Origin: an uncultured Gemmatimonadota bacterium
GTDB taxonomy: Bacteria; Blakebacterota; Blakebacteria; Blakebacterales; Blakebacteraceae
Length of the DNA stretch: 64,000 nucleotides
Assembly: GCA_964576115.1 (NCBI GenBank)
Contig: CAZNUA010000014.1
Span: 1 to 64,000 of the forward strand
Direction: 5' to 3'
The position numbers were made by a program, and so were the translations under genes. This document shows positions 58,769 through 64,000 of the stretch, in pieces (within the stretch, counting starts at the first letter, position 1; each line of letters begins with the position of its first letter). The notes beneath the pieces are model-generated. The model saw only the letters and a list, made by a program, of their open reading frames with translations, was not told the origin of the DNA and did no database searches.

Positions 58769-59058
58769 ATGGCGCGCGCAACCGCAGATACGGCACTGCA
58801 GCTGAGCGGCGCACCGTCGAACACTTCCGGTCCAAGGGATATGAGGCGTTCCGACTGGCGAAGGGGACCGCGTTCGACGTGCTGATATTCAATGGCCAGG
58901 CTGCGTATCTCTGCGAGGTAAAGGCGAGCGCACGAAAGCCGAGCCCGTCACGCTACAAGCCGTTCTGTGATCTGGTCGCGGAACCGCACTTCGGTAAATT
59001 GCTCGTATGGTGGCCACCGAACGCCCGGCAACCCGAGACCTGGGAAGTGCCGGGGTGA
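58765..59058 (+). CDS. PD-(D/E)XK nuclease, Hjc-type Holliday junction resolvase-like
   Basis: G.AAER..F..KGY.AFR....FDVL......LCEVKAS pattern in a 97-aa protein. Confidence 0.75.
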   Translation: MNGARNRRYGTAAERRTVEHFRSKGYEAFRLAKGTAFDVLIFNGQAAYLCEVKASARKPSPSRYKPFCDLVAEPHFGKLLVWWPPNARQPETWEVPG

Positions 59059-59225
59059 TGGCCGCTGAACAGACCGACCGCACGGCGAACGCGGAAGCTG
59101 AAGACTTCCGGGAGATCTTCGGCCGCACCCGTGACCGAACACCGGCATCACCCGATGAGGCGAGCGCCTGGATCCGATCGATCAGGAGACGGCTCGAGGA
59201 TCGGACCCGAGAGGAAGAGACGTGA
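59058..59225 (+). CDS. Small hypothetical protein
   Basis: Start and stop overlap both neighbours (translational coupling). Confidence 0.5.
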   Translation: MAAEQTDRTANAEAEDFREIFGRTRDRTPASPDEASAWIRSIRRRLEDRTREEET

Positions 59226-60778
59226 CAGCCTCAGCCCGGCAACCGGAAGAGATTGCCCTGGCGGCAGCGATCCGGTCTCCCCTGATCATATCCGCATCAG
59301 ACATCGATCTATTCAGCACAGATAATCGAGATCTCGCCACTATCCTGCATCGGGCACCACTGAACGGCAATGACCTGGACGGACGGCTGACGGCTCTCCG
59401 GGAACTCGGCGCCGATCCCGGCCGCCTGGCCGGACTGTGGGATCTCGGGAAGGATGACCTGATCCATGCCGAAGACGGAGAGCGAGCCCTCCAGGAACTC
59501 AGACATAATAGGCGGATAACCCAGCTGCACGCTCTCGGGAAAGAGTTATCCGGGGCTGCTCCTGATCGAGCCGAGGAGCTACTTCTAGAGCTGAGGGAGA
59601 TCGAAACCGCCGAGCAGGATAACAGCGGACCCCAGTGGCTCACGGCCGCCGAGCTCTCCGATGATGAGGTATCCGGTCCGGATTGGATTCTCAGCCCGCT
59701 CTTGGTCCGAGAGACGGTCACAGACCTGACCGCGAAGGTGAAGGTTGGCAAAACGCGTCTGGCCCAGGAGTGTGCCCGTTCTGTGCTGACCGGGGATCCG
59801 CTCTTCGGGCACAAATCTACCACAACCGGACCGGTCGTCTACCTAACCGAAGAACGCCGCCAGACCTTCCGGGAATCCCTACGCCGGGTCGGTATTCTCG
59901 GAAACCCTGATCTACACCTGCTCTTCCGACACTCTGCGCGGGGCATGTCCTGGCCTTCGATTGTGGCCGCGGTCGGAGCAAAGGCCCGGGAGATCGGCGC
60001 GGTCCTGCTGGTGGTGGATACCGTCTCGGACTGGGCTGGACTCGCTGCCGACGAGGAGAATGACGCCGGCGCTGCCCTGGCGGCCGTCAGACCACTACAC
60101 GCGGTTGCAGCCGAAGGTCTGGCCGTGCTCATGCTCCGCCACGATCGCAAGTCGGGCGGTGAGATTGGGGAATCCGGACGCGGGTCGTCAGCCTGGGCGG
60201 GTGCTGCTGACATCTTATGGAACCTGCGCCGGGCGAACGTGGAAGGACACCCGAACCGGCGGCACCTGGTAGGGGTTGGCCGCTTCGAGGATATCCCGGC
60301 TGAACTGCTGATCGAACTCAGAGACAGTGAATACGTCAACCTGGGCACAGCCGTCGATGTTGAGCGCCAGGAGGTGCGTGAAGCCGTTTTCGAGATCCTG
60401 CCTGGGCCCGAAGAGCAGGGGATATCCGAGACCGACCTCCTGGAGCGCCTGGGCGATAAGGGATCCAGAACTACTCTCCGCAGGGTGCTCGAAGAGCTGA
60501 TAAAGGGCGAATTGGTCATTAAAGAGCGGGGTGCAGGAAAAACCGGAAGGGCTTTCGGATATCGTCTCTCTAATGATGTGACCACCTATAGTATGACCCC
60601 TGGTCAGTTCAATACTGAACCTTCAGTACTTCAGGTCTCTGAAGATGACCTGATTAATGATGTGACCAGCCCCCGTACCCCTGGTCACATGGATAATAGT
60701 AATCCAACTGACCAGCCCCCCCCTCTATATGGTCACAACGATAAAGCGCAGGGGGATGACGATGACCTTCCGTTCTGA
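59222..60778 (+). CDS. RecA-fold replicative helicase (AAA_25/RepA-like) with C-terminal winged helix
   Basis: Walker A AKVKVGKT, VVYLTEE, Walker B LLVVDT, LRHDRK..GRGSSAWAGAAD. Confidence 0.85.
   Translation: MTASARQPEEIALAAAIRSPLIISASDIDLFSTDNRDLATILHRAPLNGNDLDGRLTALRELGADPGRLAGLWDLGKDDLIHAEDGERALQELRHNRRITQLHALGKELSGAAPDRAEELLLELREIETAEQDNSGPQWLTAAELSDDEVSGPDWILSPLLVRETVTDLTAKVKVGKTRLAQECARSVLTGDPLFGHKSTTTGPVVYLTEERRQTFRESLRRVGILGNPDLHLLFRHSARGMSWPSIVAAVGAKAREIGAVLLVVDTVSDWAGLAADEENDAGAALAAVRPLHAVAAEGLAVLMLRHDRKSGGEIGESGRGSSAWAGAADILWNLRRANVEGHPNRRHLVGVGRFEDIPAELLIELRDSEYVNLGTAVDVERQEVREAVFEILPGPEEQGISETDLLERLGDKGSRTTLRRVLEELIKGELVIKERGAGKTGRAFGYRLSNDVTTYSMTPGQFNTEPSVLQVSEDDLINDVTSPRTPGHMDNSNPTDQPPPLYGHNDKAQGDDDDLPF
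60571..60737. repeat. Iteron-like array: three TGACCA..TGGTCA inverted pairs, candidate replication origin
   Basis: TAATGATGTGACCA at 60571 and 60655; ACCCCTGGTCA at 60596 and 60677; third pair at 60709/60730; AT-richer spacers. Confidence 0.65.
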
Positions 60779-60934
60779 TCCTCTCAGCCTCTCAGGGTGT
60801 CCCTTCCTGAATGCTCTCAAAGCTGAAACCGGGGATTCTCCGGGGGCGCTTCGAACGAGCAGTCCGCAGCCTGTCGGCGTCTTCTCTATGTTCCTGAACC
60901 GTTTGTGTCCCGCCCGTGTCCCGGGGGGCCTCCG

Positions 60935-61447
60935 ATGAGTCCGAAGGGAACGAATCCTAACTCCCTCGCAAACCTGCGCCAGACGGGCAATCTCACCGTT
61001 CACGGCTGGTGGTCCAAGGGCATACAGACAACCGGTATACCGACTCGGGGCGGGTGTCCGCTTCGCCTGCTCGGGAACTGTGACTGTGAGATCCCCGATA
61101 CCGAGCAATGCCCGATCATGCTGGAGCAATTCGTAGCCCGCGTGATCGAGCTTCAGGAGATCGGTCTGAGCAAGCAGGGAGCGGAGCTGATAACCCGGAT
61201 GGAGTTCCAATCTCTTCTCGGGCATTACGTCCTAGACCGACAGGGAGCGTTCAGGCGGGACGGTGACGACTCAGCACCGATGAAAGCTCATCGGGTGTGG
61301 GTATCCGTCGGTACCGTCGATCACGCCCTGGAGCGGCTGTACAAGGCTGCGGGGATCCTGAGGACTCAGGACCTTTCGGCCCCGAGCCTGGAGGAATACC
61401 TGGCGAAGATGTCCCGGGTAGAGATTGAGGATGATGAGGAGTGTTGA
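60935..61447 (+). CDS. Putative terminase small subunit (Cys-rich)
   Basis: Directly upstream of and overlapping terL; N-terminal NPNSLANL..GN..HG; four clustered Cys. Assignment mostly positional. Confidence 0.55.
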   Translation: MSPKGTNPNSLANLRQTGNLTVHGWWSKGIQTTGIPTRGGCPLRLLGNCDCEIPDTEQCPIMLEQFVARVIELQEIGLSKQGAELITRMEFQSLLGHYVLDRQGAFRRDGDDSAPMKAHRVWVSVGTVDHALERLYKAAGILRTQDLSAPSLEEYLAKMSRVEIEDDEEC

Positions 61448-62933
61448 TGCAAAGATGCAATCCATAAAGAAACAAAGGGCTCACGTCGATGCCGTGACTT
61501 TCGCGACGGATCCGCAACTGCTCGGGCTGACGCTCTCACCGGCTCAGGAAGTGGTGATCAGGGCGGCATACGGTCTCCCGATCGAGGGGGACCTGGTCAG
61601 CGTGTACTACGAGATCACCGGACGCCTGGACTGGCGCACCCGGACCGAGCCGGTGCATGACCTGACGGTGATCGGGGGGCGTCGGGGAGGGAAGGATTCC
61701 CGGATTATCACGGCGATTGCGGCATATGAGGCTTTCTGTGGCGGGCATGAGGCACACCTGGCACCGGGTGAGGAAGGCGTGGTGCTGGTGGTCTCTCAGG
61801 TGATCCGACGGGCCCGACAGGCGGCTTTCAGCCTGATACGCGGAGCTATCTTCAATTCCCCGATGTTGCGTAAGAAGGTGATCTCGGATCGGGCCTGGGA
61901 TCTCGGGCTGGACAACGGCCTGGTGATCAGGTGTGAGCCCTGCAGCTTCCGGAGCATCCGGGGATCAGCCGTGCCGGTGGCGCTCTTCGATGAGGCGGCT
62001 TTCTGGTCGTATGAGGGACACAACCCGGACCGTGAAGTAGAGCGGGCGGTACGGCCGGCAATGGCGCAATTCCCGGGCTGGAAGCTGGTGAAGGTATCGA
62101 CCCCGTGGATCCGGGCCGGGCTGCTCTTCGAGGACTACGAGAAGCACTACGGCGCCGATGAGGATCCGCACCTGGTCATGCAGGCCTCCACGTGGATCCT
62201 GAATCCGACCATTCCGCAGTCATTCCTCGATCAGGAACGCCGGAAGGATCCGGAGACCTTCGAGCGGGAGTACGGGGCACGGTTCAGCGATCGGGAGGCA
62301 TTGTGGCTTCCACATGATTCGATTGAGGCATGCCGTCAGGAGTGGACCGCCCGAAGTCTACCGGAGTATCCCCGGCCCCGGGCTGTTGCCGTGATCGATC
62401 CGGCGTACAAGCGGGATAGGTTCGCGGCCGCGATCGGCTGGTACGAGAAGGGCAAGGATGAGATTCCCGGGCGGGTTGTGATCGGCCGGCTGGAAGGCTG
62501 GACGCCTCCCCGGGGCGGTGAGCTCTCCCTGAATGCCGTTCTCGATCAGCTCTGTCCGATTCTCGGGCAGTACGACGTGCGGAAGGTTCATGGAGATCAG
62601 TACACGGCCGCACCTGTTCGGGAGGCTCTGCGGGCTCGAGGATTCGCTTTCGAGGAACACCCCTTCTCGGCCCCGTTCAAGGCCGAGATCTACTCCGATT
62701 TGAAATCCCTGGTGATCGAGGAACGCATTGACCTCCCGGATCATGACCGGGGGATCTCCGAGCTCAAATCCCTGCACGTGACCCACACCCCGGCCGGGAC
62801 TATGCGAATCGGAGCACCTGAGCGGGCCGGATACCACGACGACTACGCAACCGTCATTGCCCTGGCCGCTCACCTGGTCTTTTCCGAGACACAGACGCTC
62901 TGCACACGTGGCGGGCAAATGGTCGATATCTAG
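61431..62933 (+). CDS. Terminase large subunit
   Basis: LSPAQ, Walker A GGRRGGKDS, Walker B ALFDEAAF, VSTP, FEREYGARF, nuclease IDPA..D and HDD; exact start uncertain. Confidence 0.88.
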   Translation: MMRSVDAKMQSIKKQRAHVDAVTFATDPQLLGLTLSPAQEVVIRAAYGLPIEGDLVSVYYEITGRLDWRTRTEPVHDLTVIGGRRGGKDSRIITAIAAYEAFCGGHEAHLAPGEEGVVLVVSQVIRRARQAAFSLIRGAIFNSPMLRKKVISDRAWDLGLDNGLVIRCEPCSFRSIRGSAVPVALFDEAAFWSYEGHNPDREVERAVRPAMAQFPGWKLVKVSTPWIRAGLLFEDYEKHYGADEDPHLVMQASTWILNPTIPQSFLDQERRKDPETFEREYGARFSDREALWLPHDSIEACRQEWTARSLPEYPRPRAVAVIDPAYKRDRFAAAIGWYEKGKDEIPGRVVIGRLEGWTPPRGGELSLNAVLDQLCPILGQYDVRKVHGDQYTAAPVREALRARGFAFEEHPFSAPFKAEIYSDLKSLVIEERIDLPDHDRGISELKSLHVTHTPAGTMRIGAPERAGYHDDYATVIALAAHLVFSETQTLCTRGGQMVDI

Positions 62934-62942
62934 GAGACAGTC

Positions 62943-63290
62943 ATGCAGACACACACACCTGCACGGGAAGCCGAGAGCCGGGTGAGGACGGCCGGGAACT
63001 GGCAACGCCGGCTGTCCGAGCTCACGGCCGAGTACCGCCAGGCTGACGCCCGGGCCCGGTGCCTGCTCTCTCACGCCGTCCGGGCTCTCGGGGAGTTGAA
63101 AGCAGCTGCTGAGGCACCCGTACGGGAGGCCCCGCGCTACTACCGGCAATCCCGGCCCCTGCCTTTCGAGCCGTCCCTGATCATCGAGGAATTTCTGGAC
63201 GCACTCCGGCTGCAGGGGATCGATCTACACACCGAAACAATCACAACGATTGGAGATGATGAAGATGGTGGCACCACGGACGAGTTATGA
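62943..63290 (+). CDS. Hypothetical protein (element gene)
   Basis: AGGAG RBS; helical, 115 aa; no family recognised. Confidence 0.6.
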   Translation: MQTHTPAREAESRVRTAGNWQRRLSELTAEYRQADARARCLLSHAVRALGELKAAAEAPVREAPRYYRQSRPLPFEPSLIIEEFLDALRLQGIDLHTETITTIGDDEDGGTTDEL

Positions 63291-64000
63291 CAGAGACGAG
63301 CTGGTCACGGCTGACGGCCTGTTCCACTTCCACCCGGATCTTGAGGGTCAGGATCTGCAGGCTCAGCTGGCGTACCGGGCGAAGGAACTGCAGTCGATCA
63401 TCGATGAGACCCGGAAGAGGCATCACGTGATCCGCGGTCAGATCCGGCACACCGAACAGGAGAAAATGACCGCGATCGCGGAGCTCATGGGAGAAGTTGC
63501 CGGCGACGTGAGAAGCCGGATCCGGGATCTGCTCGGCCTGGACGCGTTCGAGAAACACACCTCACTGCTTCGCGAACTCCGCTCCCCCGATCGACACCTG
63601 GACCTGCCGCCTCAGTTCAAACATGAGAAGCAGACCGGCACGATGGAACGTGAGATCCGCGACGAGGTCCGCAAGCTGCCCGAGATGGATATCCGCGGCA
63701 CGCTCTATGAGGCCGTCAATGATGATGACCGGATCACGCTGCGTGCTTTCCGGTTCTGTCCTCCCCGGTTCCCGCTGGTGAAGACCGAGGACCTGGAAGA
63801 CGCCATGGAGAAGCACTCCCGCCGGCTGTTCCCCGAGCAGTGGGGGCTCTGTGACAGCCTGGGGCATCTCTGGAGTCTGTGCCGGACCAACTTCGAGCAG
63901 TTCTGCTCGATCCTGTTCGCCCTGGCCGGTCCCGGTGGTGATGCGATCATGGCCCAGCTGCGGGTTGAATCGTTCCTGCCCGAGAGTGTGACGACCGAGC
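63265..64000 (+). CDS. Hypothetical helical protein, runs off window
   Basis: Not in the ORF track; open frame MVAPRTSYDRDELVTADGLFHFHPDLEGQDLQAQLAYRAKELQ... to the window end; GGAG upstream. Confidence 0.7.
   Translation, partial: MVAPRTSYDRDELVTADGLFHFHPDLEGQDLQAQLAYRAKELQSIIDETRKRHHVIRGQIRHTEQEKMTAIAELMGEVAGDVRSRIRDLLGLDAFEKHTSLLRELRSPDRHLDLPPQFKHEKQTGTMEREIRDEVRKLPEMDIRGTLYEAVNDDDRITLRAFRFCPPRFPLVKTEDLEDAMEKHSRRLFPEQWGLCDSLGHLWSLCRTNFEQFCSILFALAGPGGDAIMAQLRVESFLPESVTTE

Larger units (their letters stand above)
56815..64000. mobile_element. Integrated phage satellite / compact prophage-like element (left part; continues beyond window)
   Basis: Begins at the broken tRNA; arm-site-like repeats; AT-rich cargo; xis, resolvase, helicase and terminase genes. 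No integrase within the window. Confidence 0.85.

Overview
GC-rich bacterial chromosome segment, probably from a scaffolded (meta)genome assembly, with two 100-N gaps. The gene content (lipoproteins, a TonB receptor, Omp85, Acidobacteria-type PadR, a kinase-TPR protein, a repeated beta-propeller lipoprotein family) indicates a diderm; I cannot name the taxon reliably. Main blocks: (1) Tat-signal Fe/Mn SOD, divergent from a PPTase + single-module type I PKS (KS-AT-KR-carrier) + membrane protein operon. (2) Secreted, envelope and signalling genes. (3) A ~17 kb sugar catabolic locus: ABC importer and fucose-isomerase-like gene leftward; PHP-like protein, SorE-like reductase, SrlD, RhaB/FucK-like kinase, fused E1 alpha/beta, E2 and DeoR rightward. 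It has no aldolase, suggesting an undescribed route ending in ThDP/lipoate-dependent cleavage. (4) CDF transporter, TonB receptor, SpoIIE phosphatase, 7TM-PAS sensor, alanine aminotransferase, PIN toxin-antitoxin pair, hpt-ade. (5) From ~56.8 kb to the end, an integrated phage-satellite/prophage-like element whose border is the 5' half only of tRNA-Leu(UAA), broken just after the anticodon loop. It carries AT-rich cargo, a structured ~380-nt leader, xis, an Hjc-like resolvase, a helicase with origin-like repeats, and TerS/TerL with no recognisable portal next to them. All calls come from reading motifs by eye; no database searches were run.
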